Assembly: GCA_038087875.1 (NCBI GenBank)
Contig: CM075989.1
Span: forward strand, 14,510,001 to 14,574,000
Origin: Malacoraja senta
Taxonomy: Eukaryota
Length of the DNA: 64,000 nucleotides
Direction of reading: 5' to 3'
This document shows, one piece after another, positions 12,830-26,901 of the stretch. How positions within the stretch are numbered: the first letter of the stretch is position 1; each line of letters begins with the position of its first letter. The notes under the pieces were generated by a model, which was given only the letters and a program-made list of their open reading frames with translations, was not told the DNA's origin and did not search any database. A program made the translations under genes and the position numbers.

Positions 12830-14372
12830 TTTATTTTTATTTATTTTTTAATTTTTATTTATTAGAAGTACATTACATTACAACCACATACATTAGTACT
12901 CGTCACTTATGTCTTCTTACAATTAATGTACTCCATTTATTTTTTACACTAGAAAAGGAAAAGATTGAAAGAAAGAAGAAAGTGAAGGAAAAAGTGAAAG
13001 TGTAGGAAATGTGACAACAAAAAAGGACGAAGACCCTATAAGAGCAAAATTAAAAAACAAAAGAAAAAGAGTTAAGAAATAGACCCTAGAAAAGAAAAAG
13101 AGAAAGAGGAAAAAGAGAGAAACAAATATTTTTATGAGCATTACGTAAATGGGACATACCAACTCTTCAACTAGCATCCCCCCTTACCTGACCTCAATTT
13201 TTTTTTAAAGTACTTTTGCACCCTATATTTGTAATAATTCTATAAATGCAGACCACATCAGGTGGAAGTGATCTGGTTTACCTGCTAGGAGGAGTCTTAT
13301 CTCTTCTAGGTGTAATGTTTCGAACATATTTGAAGTCCACATATTTATAGTTGGTATTGGAGCCTTCTTCCAAAATTTTAGAATTAGCTTTTTTCCAGTT
13401 ATTAACCCATAGTCTATTAGTTTCTTTTGAAACACATTTAGTTCTGGACCATCTTCCGTTATTCCGAAGATAATCCATTCTGCTTTGGGTATCAGTCTTA
13501 TTTTAAATAACTTTGTAAAGATTTCAAAAATTTAATTCCAAAATTTTTGAATTTTTGTACAGAAAACGAATGAGTGCGCTATAGTAGCTTCTTGGGATTG
13601 ACATTTATCACAAATAGATGATACATTTGGGAAAATTTTATGAATTTTAGTTTTCGAATAATATAATCTATGTAAAATTTTAAATTGTATTAAAGTGTGT
13701 CTTACATTAATCGAACATTTATGCACGTTTAATAAGTGTTCATTCCAACTTTCCTTTGAAATTTTAATAGCTAACTCTTGTTCCCAGTCTCTTCTGATAC
13801 CCTCCGCAGATGGTATTTGTACATTTAAGATAATATTATACAAATATGATATTAAGTTTGCTGATTCCGCTTTTTTCTGCATTGCCTCGTCCAATACATC
13901 TACTGGGTTATTATAATGATCTTTTGTATATTTTTTCAAATAGTCGCATATTTGAAAATATTTAAAATATTGATTATTTCCGAGTTTATATTTTATTTGT
14001 AATTGTTGAAATGAAAGTAATTTTCCAGTTTCATACAAGTCGCCAAGCATTTTAATTCCTAGTCTATCCCAATGTGTAAAAGCTTTATCTATAATAGAGG
14101 GATTAAACGAAGGGTTATTAACTATAGGTAATAAAAGTGATAAATTTCTTAATTTTAAATTTTGTTTTATTTGTTTCCAAATTCAGATTGTACTATGAAT
14201 AATTGGGTTCTTATTATAATTTATGTTATTCAATTTCATTGGAGAAAGGAGGGTCGCTCCAATGTTTCCAGAGGAGCAATTCTCTTTCTCCATTACAATC
14301 CAGTCCACTTGCTGGGCGGAGTTATCCATCAGTTGAATCATATTTTTAATATTTACTGACCAATAATAATAT
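12830..14372 (-). mobile_element. 5'-truncated L1/Tx1-clade LINE (ORF2 C-terminus and 3' UTR)
   Basis: ORFs 13532-14050 and 13223-13435 are homologous to the 53397-54297 peptides. T-rich tail at ~12830-12860. 13-bp TSD GTGCTGGGACTTT at 12817-12829 and 14373-14385. Confidence 0.95.
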
Positions 14373-14844
14373 GTGCTGGGACTTTGATGGTGATTTACAC
14401 TTGTACTCCCTGTTAATCCCACAGAAACCGAAGCTGAGAAACGGGTTCCTTCAGCACATCTTTGTCCTGCATGCCTGACATGAGAGTGCATTTACCTGGG
14501 GCATTGAGCGCTTGGCAGGCCCACCTCCAACTGACCTACATCTACTTCTGTAAACTTCACCGGTTGTGCTGCAGCTCGAATTATTGGCAGAAACCGCAGC
14601 TTTTGTGTGTGGCCTCTGACCGTTGGTGCTCCCTCACAGAACAACAACAAGCTCATGGGGCAGAGGTTTGAGATGAGACAGTAAGTGAACTAGTCAGCGC
14701 TGTCAGAGTAATGTCCTGCGTACCGCATTAACCAGCCGGGCCTTGGCTGTGGATTCACTGGAGCTCCTTACGGTGAGTGTGGCCTCTACAGGTCCGTCAC
14801 AAAGCATCTGCTGTTGTGGTCACTTCACACCTCACATATTCATC

Positions 14845-15346
14845 AATTCATAAGGGATAGGAGCAGAATTAGGCCATTCGGCTCATCAGGTCTAATCCGC
14901 CATTCTATCCGTGGCTGATCTATCTTTCCCTCTCAACCCCATTCTCCTGCCTTCCTGAACCCCAGACACCCGCACTAATCAAGAATCTATCAAGCTCCAC
15001 CTTAAAAATATCCATTGACTTGCCCTCCACAGCCTTCTGTGGCAACGAATTCCACAGATTCACCACCCTCTGACTCAAATTCTTCCTCATCTCCTTTCTA
15101 TGGCCTCTGGTCCTAGACTCTCCCATGACTGGAAATATCCTCTCCACATCCACTCTATCCTGGCCTTTCACTATTCGGTAAGTCTCCATGAGATCCCCCT
15201 CATCCTTTTAAATTCCAGCGAGGACAGGCCCAGTGCCATCAAACGCTCATCCTATATTAACCAAATCATCCCTGGGATCATTCTCGTAAACCTCCTCTGG
15301 ACCCTCTCCTGCGCCAGCACATCCTTCCTCAGATATGGGGCCCAAA
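14845..15346 (-). mobile_element. CR1 LINE 3' fragment
   Basis: Peptide ETYRIVKG.DRVD..RIFP.MGESRTRGH...RVVNLWNSLPQ. The 3' UTR resembles 28140-28260. Confidence 0.9.
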
Positions 15347-16394
15347 CCTGCTTCCTGGAGCCACTCACAGCACAAGAGTGGATCAGGCTGGACAAACATA
15401 CTGTGCTTGCCCAGAGTGATCGAAGAGTACCAGGTCTTCTGTCCTCACCCTCACTCCATGGGACTACCTTGGGGAGAGCTCTTTATTCTCCATGACTCGA
15501 TCCTCAGGCCTGAGGTGGGAGCGGTGAGCTCTGAGGGCCACATTTGATGGGAAGTGTGAAGGTCTAGGGGTAGTAGTTGATGCAAAGTGCTATCACATCT
15601 TGAAAAACATTTGGGGAGGTGCATGGATAGGATAGGTTTGGAAGGATAGGGGTTAAATGCAGGCAGGTGGGACTAGTGTAGATGTGGCAAGTTGGTCGGT
15701 GTGGGCAAGTAGGGCCGGAGGGCCTGTTTCCACGCTGTATGACTCAATGATTCTAGACAAGAAAAGACTCTTTGGTGGCTCCAAGGAACACACATGACAC
15801 CAAGTTACAATGTTTGACCAAGGAATAGGATGAAACAATAGATGAACATCTCCATACATTCTTACTTCCCCTTCCCCTGCATCTCCGCACCCAGTGGGAT
15901 GTTGTGGATGAGGCAGAACAACATCTGCAGCAAGAAAAAACGTCTGAAATCAGAAAGAGACTTCTGACACTTGGGTTTTGACACTTGGGTTATTCAGAAT
16001 GGTGATAGATGCCATTTGCTTCCTTGTATTCTTCATTTGTTCGAATTCTACAACATAGGAACAGGCCATTCGGCCCACAACGTCCATGCTGAACATAATA
16101 CCAAGATAAACTAATCTCCATACCTGCGTATGATCCATATCCCTCCATTCCCTGCATATCCATAAAGCCTATCTAAAAGCCTCTTAAATGCCACTGTTGT
16201 ACCAGCCTCCACCACCACCCCTGGATATAGTTGTCCCTCATCAAGGCTAATAGTACTTCAAATCTAATCATTTCCTCACACACTTGGAATACGCTTGTAT
16301 CAATATCTGACTTTCATGAACCATAATTCTCCATGGATGCCTTGTGAATAAATATGTGCAGGACTTTATTGGGAGCTGGGGCCCGGGGATTTAG

Positions 16395-16675
16395 AGATGA
16401 TACAAAACGTGTTCTCACCCAGCAAACAGCTAACAACAGCCTGTTTCTTTATCATCATTACATTTTGGGATATCTTTTATTCATTTGTTCTATATCTCTC
16501 TGCTTCACCCTCTATATCTCTTGTTTCCCTTTCCCCTGACTCTAGTCTGAAGAAGGGTCTCGACCTGAAACGTCACCCATTCCTTCTCTCCAGAGATGCT
16601 GCCTGTCCTTCCGAGTTACTCCAGCATTTTGTGTCTATCTTCGGTTTAAGCCAGCAGCTGCAGTTCCTTCCTACA
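16395..16675 (+). mobile_element. Penelope-type terminal repeat with an intact-core hammerhead motif at 16547-16574
   Basis: CTGAAGA-A-GGGTC-TC-GACCT-GAAACGTC followed by ACCCATTCCTTCTCTCCAGAGATGCTG. Other copies lie at 1-140, 11930-12030, 31725-31850, 33660-33780, 35650-35900 (minus) and 43000-43280. Confidence 0.8.
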
Positions 16676-17177
16676 CTAACTTCAATCCTTCATCCACCCA
16701 AGTAATGTAAACACACTGGCTCCAAAGCAATGCAAGCATTAAACCAGTTGGCAAATTGCAGGGAATCCAGGAGGATTTGCTGGACTCTGTGCTAAGTGAG
16801 GAATTATTGTTTATTTCTGAATGAATGAGCAAGATTGGCCAGTGTGATCTGTCTGAGTATTTAGCTTACACATCAATTCTGATGAACATTGGGCTGGAAT
16901 ATCCTGACTGTACTCCAACATAGGCCTGGAGTTGCGTGGAAGAAGCCAACATTGCAGCAATTCCCCACTAGTCATGCTGGCACAACCTGGCACAGTTGGA
17001 CAAGACCAATTTCATGACAAACAACTTCAGTGCAGGCACAGGGACGGGTCTGACTCATCCCCATCAGAGGAAGGGACTGCAGGGTAATCTCCCTCAACCC
17101 TCGACGGTGTGAGTCAATGACTGCCGGACCACACACTGCCTGGTCCACCTGGTCACCATAAGGTGACGGCCACAGCG

Positions 17178-17528
17178 TAATCATGAGAGGAACAGATCGG
17201 GTAGATGCACCGAGCTCTTTGCCCAGAGAAGGGGAATCAAGAATCAAGAACCAGAGGACATGAAGAGGGAAAGATTTAATAGGAATCTGAGGGGTAACTT
17301 TTTCACACAAAGGGTGGTGGGTGGATGGAACAAGCTGCCAGAGGAGGTAGTTGAGGCTGGGACTATTGCAATGTTTAAGAAATAATTAGACAGGTACATG
17401 GATAGGACAGGTTTGGAGGGATATGGGCCAAACACAGGCTGTTGGGACGAGTGTAGATGGGACATGTTGGTCAGTGTGGGCTAGTTACATCTAAGGGCCT
17501 GTTTCCACGACTCTATGACTATATGACT
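17178..17528 (+). mobile_element. CR1 LINE 3' end
   Basis: TGGAACAAGCTGCCAGAGGAGGTAG...GACAGGTACATGGATAGG...GGGCCTGTTTCC and a (CTATGA)n tail. Confidence 0.85.
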
Positions 17529-18699
17529 GCAAGAAATCCTGCAAGGGACCCTCTGTTCAGTCAGTGAACCAGAGCCAACTTGATATCCCTCAGCCAACAG
17601 AAGCATGACTTGTACCAGTAGGAGGTAATTTACAATATGTGGATGAATTGTGTTAGCCAAGTGTTTATCATTAGTATTGTTTGCAAGTGTTTCAATATTT
17701 GAGTCATTTAATTGCTGTTATCAATTGTTTATGAATAGCAGAGTTCACCTCTGAGTGCCAGGCTGGTTCTTGGTCTAGAGTGGACCCGTATAAAGGAAGT
17801 GAGTGCTCACCACAGGGACCAACCTGTCACCAGCACCATGTCCTGGCCCAATCTCTCTGATGGTCACATACCTTATAGACAACACAGACAATAGACAATG
17901 GGTGCAGGAGTAGGCTATTCGGCCCTTCGAGCCGGCAGCAGCTTATACAGGGATAAGCACCATCTTATACAGGGATAAGTGTGGTAAAAGAGCAGAGCAG
18001 AGCAGACCTGAATGTTTCATGCTTCCTTGTTCAAGAAGTTGTGCTCCCCAGCAGAGCAGCAACAATCAGACAGAATCTACAAACAACAGGGAGAAGCCAC
18101 CAACCCTGTGAGAGCTGAGATATAGCAAAGCTTTTTAAACCTCTATCTTTGCTTTTGTTTGCTGATCATCCTTGGCAAAGCACGGCAAGGATTGAACCAT
18201 GGCTGCAGAGTGTAGTGTTGATCTGTGTTGAGCGCTTTGGTGGCATCGTGAGCCGAGGGAGCAGTGGAACAACGAGAAAGAGATTGATGTGTGTGAACAA
18301 ACTGCTGGTCCTGATTCAACCACTCACCAATGAAAGCTAAATGTAATCGGGCTCCACATGAATGAAGGGGACCTGCCAGAGGATCAACAACATCACATTA
18401 CATCCCAGTGGAAAGATGGACTTTGCTCACACACTGAAAACTATTCTTCTTCCTCCTTCACAGGGCTGTTGGACATCATCTCAAGTGTCTCTAGATCATG
18501 CAAGTACTTCTTACACAAGCTGGATCCTGGCAGAGGTCAGGTAATTAGCTTCATTTATATTCTGCAAGTGTGAAATTACAGAGGACTGGAATTATTTTTA
18601 GAGATGAACTGTTTGGAACTGGTAGAGATTCAGCCTCACCTGAAACTCCGGCAGAGGTTCCTCCATCCCCAGCTTTCACACGGAAGCTTCAAGGTATTC

Positions 18700-19545
18700 C
18701 AAAAGTCACACCTCTCCAGCCACATCTTCCCATCTCCACCCCTTTCCGCTTTCCGCAGAGACCGTTACCTCAGCAACTCCCTGGTCAACTCGTCCCTACC
18801 CTCCCAAACCACCCCCTGCCCAAGTACTTTCCCTGGCAACCGCGAGAGACGCAACACCTGTCGCTATACTTCCCCCTCGACTCCGTCCAAGGACCCCAAC
18901 AGTCTTTTCAGGTGAGGTAGAGGTCCACTTGCACCTCCTCCAACCTCATCTACTGTATCCCCTGCTCCAGGTGTGGACCCTATATATCAGCGAGACCAAG
19001 CGCAGCCTGGGCGGTCGTTTTGCTCAACACCTTCGGTCAGTCTGCCTTGGTCTACATGATCTCCGGGTTGCCAAACACTTTAACTCCCCTTCCCATTCCC
19101 TCACTGACCTCTCTGTCCTGGGCCTCCTCCATTGTCAGAGTGAAGCCAAATGCAAATTGGAGGAACAGTACCTCATATTTCACTAGGGCAGTTTACACCC
19201 CAGCGGTATGAACATTGACTTCTCTAACTTCAAGTAACCCTTGCTTTCCCTCTCTCTCCATCCCTCCCCCTTCCCAGTTCTCTGACCAGTCTGACTGTCT
19301 CCGACTATATTTTATCTCTGTTTGCTTTGTTGTTACCTTCTCCCAGCCAACAATGATCTATTCTACATGATCTTCATTGATCTCAATTCCCTTTGTCCTA
19401 TTGTCACACCTTACACTTCCTTATCTATGTATCTCCCTCTCCCCTGACATCAGTCTGAAGAAGGGTCTTGACCCAAAACATCACCCATTCCTTCTTTCCA
19501 GAGATGCTGCCTGTCCTGCTGAGTAACTCCAGCATTTTGTGTCAC
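18700..19545 (+). mobile_element. Penelope-like element fragment with GIY-YIG endonuclease
   Basis: Peptides CTSSNLIYCIPCSRC and YISETKRSLGGRFAQHLRS...VAKHFNSPSHS. Terminal repeat at 19445-19545. Confidence 0.9.
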
Positions 19546-19727
19546 ACCTCCCTGTCACCCGGACCCTGCACGCAACACCTTGCTACCCACTACTCTGCCA
19601 CCCAAACTCTGCACCCATCACCTATCACCCTTATCGTGTACTCACCGCCTCACTATTCTCCAAAGCACCAACCTCTATGTCACTATCTTTTATTATTATT
19701 TTGCCACCCACATCCATCCACCCACAG

Positions 19728-20105
19728 CCAACAACCTGGCCCCCCCTTATCTCATTGACCTCCTCTCCCCCTACCAACCCTCACGGTCCCTCAGATCCAC
19801 ATCAGCTGGTCTCCTCTCCACTCCGAAATCAAACCTCTGCACTTTTGGAGGCAGAGCCTTCTCCAGGGCAGCTCCCAGGCTCTGGAATTCCCTCCCACAA
19901 CCGGTCCGAAATTCTGAGTCCCTCACCATCTTCCAGTCCCGCCTCAAGACCCATCTCTTCACCTCTGCATACCTTTAGTCCCATGTTCCCCTCCCCTCTG
20001 TCTTACTGCTCTATTTTGTTTTGATTATTCCTGACTCTCAATTGTAAAGCGACTTTGAGTCCTGAAAAGCGCTATATAAATAAAATCTATTATTATTATT
20101 ATTAT
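19728..20105 (+). mobile_element. L2 LINE 3' fragment
   Basis: Peptide NNLAPPYL...RSLRS...GGRAFSRAAPRLWNSLP...LKTHLF, ending AAAAGCGCTATATAAATAAAAT and (TAT)n. Confidence 0.9.
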
Positions 20106-20856
20106 CTCATCCATTTCCCCCTACAAGAGATGGTGGACCAAAGAGCCGGTTTCTCTGGTGTAAAACTGTTTCTATAAACTCCATTTTATTCTCCCTGTGT
20201 TTCTGACTCTCATCTGCGTCTTCAAGGAACAGCACAGAAATGGGCCCTTCAGCCCATCGTGTCCATGCTGACCTTTCATCCCACCTACACAGTCCCATTT
20301 GCTGCATTAGGGCCGTATCATTCTCTCTTCCTTAATCATAGACTATGGTTCACCCATCACCGCAACTGATGGGGCTCCCAACCATGTCTCGTCTATTGCC
20401 CACAGGTTTGCTCTCACTCCCTCTCCTCCTGGCCAGGACAAGGACAGGGCTTCCCTTCCATCTCATTGACCTCCATTTCTGCCACCTTTAACAGGACTCA
20501 ACACCCAATGCATCTGGCCTGCCCCTCCTCTTCCAGTGTTGTGAAGGGAAGTTCCCTCTATAATTCTCCAGTCCAATCCTCCATTTCCAAGCACCACCCC
20601 ACTTCCCATCACATTTTCCCATGCATACTTTTGAAGATGCAACGTCTGTCTGTTCATCTCTTCCATTTCCACCACCAAGGGACACAATCAGATACCCCAG
20701 CTGAGGCTGTGATTCAATCTAGTCTTCCAATCCGGTCTGCATTTGATGTTCACAATATCATAAAGTCATGCAACACAGAAACATTCCCCTTGGTCCAGCT
20801 CGATCATGCAGACCATCTAAGCTTGTCCCATTTTTCCATATTTGTAGTGTATCCAC

Positions 20857-22064
20857 CACACCATCCTAATTGACCGTCTCCGGTATGGGGTTGGTATTGA
20901 TGGCACTGCCCTGAGCTGGTTCATCTCCTACCTCAAAGGTAGGAGTTTCTCGACTAACATAGGCAACTCTTTCTCCTCCCCAGCTAATCTCTGCTGCGGG
21001 GTTCCACAAGGTTCCATCCTTGGCCCCATTCTCTTCTCCCTGTATATGCTCCCCTTAGGCCAAGTCATTGAAAGGCACAGCATTTCCTTCCATTGCTACG
21101 CAGACGATACACAACTCTATCTCCCCCTGAAGCCCAAAAACCAATCAAATCTGTTTAACCTTACCCGCTGCCTCGGGGATATAAAGTGTTGGATGGCCCA
21201 GAACTTCCTCCAACTAAACGAGAGTAAGTCTGAGGTCATCCTTCTCGGCCCCTCGGACTCAATCAAAATGATAGCAGGCAGCCTTGGAATCCTTACCCCA
21301 CTACTCAAACCTCATGTCAAAAACCTTGGCGTGATATTTGACTCGGCACTGAAATTTGACAAACAAGTCAATGCCGTGGTAAAAGATAGCTTCTTTCAGC
21401 TTCGGACGATAGCTAAAATAAAACAATTCCTCCAGTTTGATGACCTCGAAAAGATCATCCACACATTCATCTCCTCCCGCCTAGATTACTGCAATGCCCT
21501 TTACATTGGCATCAGCCAATCTTCCCTGTCCCGCCTGCAACTGGTCCAATACGCCGCAGCGAGACTCCTGACGGGCACCCGAAAAAGGGACCACATCACC
21601 CCGATCCTGGCCTCTCTCCACTGGCTCCCTGTGCGGTTCCGTATAAACTTCAAGATCCTCTACAAAGCCCTCAATGGGCTTGCCCCTACCTACTTAAAAA
21701 GTCTTCTCACCCACCACTCCACCTCCAGGTCCCTCAGATCGTCCGACTTGGGGTTGTTGAATATCCCACGGTCTAGGCATAAGCTCAGGGGCGACCGCGC
21801 CTTTGCGGTTGCAGCCCCTAGACTGTGGAACAGCATCCCCTTTCCCATCAGAACCGCCCCCTCCATCGACTCTTTTAAGTCAAGACTAAAGACTTATCTA
21901 TACTCCCAAGCCTTTCCTGACGTCCTCTGAGTGAGGACTACATGTATATATGTATGTAGTTTGTTTTGTTGTGCTGTTCTTATAACAAATGTAAAGCACT
22001 TTGGCCAACGAGAGTTGTTTTTTAAATGTGCTATATAAATAAATGTGACTTGACTTGACTTGAC
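20857..22064 (+). mobile_element. 5'-truncated L2-clade LINE with an uninterrupted RT C-terminal frame
   Basis: Open frame 20857-21930 with GVPQGSILGP, YADDTQLY, RLDYCN and LHWLPV. Tail is AATAAA followed by (TGACT)n. It sits inside a minus-strand CR1 3' fragment. Confidence 0.95.
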
Positions 22065-23987
22065 TATCTATGTACCTGTCCAAATGTCTTTTAAATGCTG
22101 TTAATAGTATCTGCCTTAACTTCCTCCTCCACATCTCATTCCACAAACCCACCACATTGCAACCCTCAGTTATGATCTTGTTTACCTTTGTTCCCTCTCC
22201 ACAGACCATGTCTGTTCTCTTTAAGAAAGCTTTACTTTGGCCCACACCCTATCACACATATTCACTTTGTTCTCTCCATCTTTCCTTTCTCTGCAACTTA
22301 AACTCCTTGCTTTGCTCTCGTCTCCACCGTCCTTGACCTGGAACATTAACTGCCCGCTGGTGCTGCCCGGGATGTGGGAGGAAACCTGAAGGCAATGGTG
22401 GCAAGCTATGGGTGAACGGGCAAACTCCCCACAGACACGGACATCCTCGCATGTTACATTGCTCCATGATTCACACGATCAATTCTTGACTTGCAGTAAC
22501 ATCCTTGCCTGTTCATCCTTGTATTTTCTAGTGGTTATAGTCATCTATAGTTCCATTCACTAACACCTTGTCCAAGTAACCAGGTTTGCTGTCAGTGTCA
22601 TTGTCCATCAGTCCCGCTGGAAACGTGAAAAATGGGCAGCTCTGCAGAATTACCCATGTTCAATCAGCTTCATATTCTTCTGTGGTAAAGAGAAACAGCC
22701 ACAGGGAAAAACAGGGACGGACCAGCAGGGGATCAACAACATGGAGACAACAACAGGGGGGGAACAGCAGGAGGACAATGACAGGTGGACAACTGGGGGC
22801 CACAGCTGGAAGAAACAATCAGGAGACAATAGCAGGCAGGACATCTAGTGAGACACTGGATCTCACCCAAGTACACATTCTTCATCCGCGAGCTTTAACA
22901 CTAAATTATTCATCAATCATTTTTTATTGAGGTTACAGAAATTGCTGAAGATTATCTGCCACAACCAGCAGTGAATGTGCTATTGAAAGAGAAAACTGAC
23001 CAGTGGATTAGATTCTGTGCTTACATTTCTTATTTGTCAGTTTAAGCTGTAGAGTTTAACTCTTTGTGTCACTGCTAGATAAACCCAAAGATTCACAAGA
23101 ATGTTGCCAAGATTGGCGAGCTCGAATTATGGGGAGAGACTGGATAGACTGGGCCTTAACAAAGTCCATTGTCCACTGCCTATTTGGCATTCAGCTGACA
23201 TTTATCCATGGTGATTCCCAGCTCTGTCAGATCTCTTGCTGGGAGATGCACAGGTTGATTTAGTATCTTCAGTGCTTTAGAACCAAGACTTAAAGATGTT
23301 CTTGATGCATGAGAGATTTATCATGAACAGCTACAGTCCTTGCGCAGCTACACCATGAAACCACAGCAGTAGGATAGCGCTAGTGTATGGGTTGGCTGGT
23401 CGCCGTGGACTCGGTGGGCCGAAGAGCCTGTTTTCACTCTGTATCTCTAAAGTCTAAAATCAATTAATTTGAACATTAATCATCCGTCAGTTTCTGGATA
23501 GAAACAAGCTCCGGCTCATATAATTTTCTCTCATTCTTCAGTACAAATTTAAAACAAATCACTTTCTGCAGTATCTCCAGGAGCCCATTTTAACTGAGGA
23601 AGTTGATGACATTTCTGCGCTGTTGAAAAATTTACAGTCTGTCCTGTTTGAACTTTTCTGAATGTACCTCGTGACTCGGTAAGAGATTTCATGGTGGATT
23701 TATGGCTTTGGGTTATTTCTCAGATCCAGGTTTCTTTGAAGACTCGGTGTTGTTTTAGCAGGTGGCATACTCTGGGGCGATCTACACTGTACTGCCCAAC
23801 TTCCTAGCCGTCATTGTTTGCCTCCCTCCAGCATGACATTGCAAATATACCTTCCTCCCTTTGGGCTTTCAGCCATGTTGGACCAGTTTCTGCTTACATT
23901 CAACCAGCAATACTGCAGAACACCTTCAGCTCACCCCCCGCACCCTGGCCAGCTTGTCTCCAATTTCCACTGGTGTATGTTGAAACA

Positions 23988-24260
23988 TGGGGCGCTGCGG
24001 TGGAGCTCAGTGCCAGAAACTCGGGTTCGGTCGTGACTACAGGCGCCGCGTGTATGCAGTTTGTACGTTCTCCCTGTGACCGCTTCAGTTTTCTCCAGAT
24101 GCTCCAGTTTCCTCTCACATACCAAGAAAGTACAGTTTGTAGGTTAATTGGCTCCTGTTAAAAATATTGTACCTAGTGTGTAGGATAGAACTAGTGTCAG
24201 TGTGGACTCAATGGGTTGAAGGTGTTCTTTGCACACTGTATCTCTAAACTAACCTAAACA
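23988..24260 (+). mobile_element. tRNA-derived SINE (HE1/V-SINE-like)
   Basis: Same family motifs. Confidence 0.8.
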
Positions 24261-25277
24261 AAGTTGGGAAGAGGGTGTTGGTCAGAGGGTGAGGCAATGC
24301 AGCTGACCATTCCTTTCCCCACTGGACACTCCTGACTCAAGGCACATTGGAGAGAGTGGCAGGGTGTGAAATGTGACTGAACTCTCACCCTCAAACCAGG
24401 ACCAAACCAGGACTGTTTGGCTCAAGAAACGTCCATCTTGGCATCATGGAATGGAAGGATATGGCTCGTGTGCAGGGGAATTAGGTCAGTTATCTTGGTT
24501 TGTTGTTCTGCACAGACATTGTGGACTGAGGGACTTCTTCCTGTATGTTCTATGTTCTATGCAATCGTTCACCCCATGTTGAAGAGTATTTGTAGCCAAG
24601 TTTTCTAGCCTTATTTTATTTTACCTTTAAGTTTCTAATTAATTTTGGCAGTTATTTTATTTTTATTAATAACAAATATATCTGGACCTCATTTAAACGT
24701 ATCCATCAAGAACATTTACAAATGGTTCAAAAGGGGTTTTGATAGCATCAAGTTGTCAAAGAAAAGATGTCATTCTTGGGACGGGGTCTCAAGAGCCGCA
24801 GCCTGAAAAGTGTTTCATCACTCAGGGCCCAGTCACAGTGTTGTTACGCATGGAGTTAGTGCGGGTAGGTACCACAGCCAACGAGCCAGATCCAACATGA
24901 TCTGCTACAATGGTCGAGGTTATAGAGTCATAGAGAGATTTATCTCCATGTATTTTGGCGCAAAGAGAGTTGTATCTCTATGTATTTTCACGCTGTATCT
25001 CCAAAGTCAAAAGTCACAAAGTCTAAAAGAGTCATAGAGGTTCTGCAGTAGTAATGACGTCGCAACCTATCGGCATTCACTGTCTTTGTGCCATGAAATA
25101 TTGATTTTTCTTGTACGAACCGTTTAACAAGGGCATCCAGAAGCTAGTGTGAGGGACTCCACTCCTGTCCATAGGACACACCCACTGCAGCTGAGTCCTG
25201 GAAGTCACAGGAACACACTCAAACTAACATAAGGTAAACTACCCTGAAATTAATATGCTTTGTGGTATCAGGGGAAA

Positions 25278-25615
25278 AGTTAGGGTAGATGCACTTTTAT
25301 CCAGTCTTTTATCCAGAGTTCGCCAATCAGGAAGCAGAGGACATAGGTTTAAGTTGAGAGAGGAAAGATTTAAGAGGAAATCTGGGGCAACTTTTTCACA
25401 CAGAGGATGGTGGATATATGGAACGAGCTGCCAGATGAGGTAGTTGGGTAGGTACTATGAAAACATTTAAAAGGCATTTGGACAGGTACATGGATAGTAG
25501 AGGTTTAGAGGGATATCAGCCAAACACAGGCAGATGGGACTAGTGTTGCTGTGGCACCTTGGTCGGCATGGGCAAGTTGGACCAAAGGCCCTGCTTCCAT
25601 GCTGTTGACTATGAT
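25278..25615 (+). mobile_element. CR1 LINE 3' end
   Basis: Same motifs as 17178-17528; peptide SRGHRFKLREERF. Confidence 0.8.
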
Positions 25616-26503
25616 TCCATTACTTTAGCGATGTGAGTTCTTGACCCCATTCTAGACTATTATCATTGTTTAGCAAACGTCCTGGGCCTAACATGTTCGC
25701 TATTTGTGAGTAGATGCGAATCCTTCAAATAAATATAATAAGACAAAATCAATTCAAATTATTTTAAAACTTAATTGGATCATTATGTTGGAGAATTTAT
25801 TGAAAACTTTGCAAAATGTTTAAAAGAATTCCCTTTATCATGTACCTGTACAATGTGGATGCCTCGATTCTAATCATGTGTTGGCTTCCCACTGACTGGT
25901 TAGCACACAACAAAAGCTTTTCACTTTACCTCGGTACACATGACAATAATAAACTAAAGTATACTAAGCAAGGTTGTTGTTTACACAAAATGTGGTTAGT
26001 GTCTGGAATGTTCTGCCAGGGGTGGTGGTTGAGGCAGATACGATACTGCTCAAATTAAAAAATAATTGCAAAATAGTGCTTTTTCTCAGAAGTGTGTAGT
26101 CAGTGAAAGTTCTTTGAAGCGACTTAACCAAGTCACTGACACTGCACCTCAAGCCTCTCAGGACTCCTGGAATCGATGCCCCGGAGAAAGACTGCAGGGT
26201 TTTGCCACTGGCCAAACATCTGGGGCGTTCCACATTACTTTTGTTAGAGAAATCAATAGACTGTTGACTCTTCGTGGTGAAACAGATGGCAACAATCTCC
26301 AGGAACCCTGGGAAAACTCAAGAGGATACTGTAGCAGGTGCGTGAGAGAGCCCGGAATGAAGGCGAAGAGCCAGGCAAATTAAGTAAAGGCTTTAATGAG
26401 CACATCAGTGAGAGCCTGAAGACTGGTCTCATGCCAAAAATCCCTGCTCTTATCTTCGTAGCTGGGAGCCTTTCCCGGACCAGTCCTTCAAGTGCCGAGG
26501 TGG

Positions 26504-26901
26504 ATTCACGAATTCTCCCGAGTCTTCCCCTTGATTCAAACTCGCAGAATGTTCGTAACGAGTCCGTAGGAGGTTGTAGGAGTTCGTAGATATATCGTAG
26601 CGGCTCGTTACGCCAGCCGTACGTACTCGTGGCATCAGGTAAGTCGGGACGGTTTTTCCAGCTTGATAAAAAAAAGTCCACGAGTAAAAAAATGGTCGGG
26701 ATGAAAGAAATTGCAGCTTTTTACTCGTAAGGAGGACATCGAAATAGTTGTGGGAATCCGTAGACATACTCATAGGAGTTTGTGAACATAGTCAGGGAAG
26801 GTCGTAGGAGTTCGTAGATTACCACCATCTTGATTTATTGTTTTAGGTCCTTTAAACTCGGCAGAGGTTTTGAATTAAGTCGTGAAATTGGGACAGGCCC
26901 T
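26504..26901 (-). mobile_element. Longer relative of the 60713-60947 MITE, one end truncated
   Basis: Ends GTCGTGAAATTGGGACAGGCCCT followed by TAA. Interior 26510-26700 is the reverse complement of 60745-60925. Confidence 0.8.

Noticed and set aside
21046..21930. 294-aa ORF as a host gene
   Set aside because: It is the RT C-terminus of a truncated L2 with a typical L2 tail.
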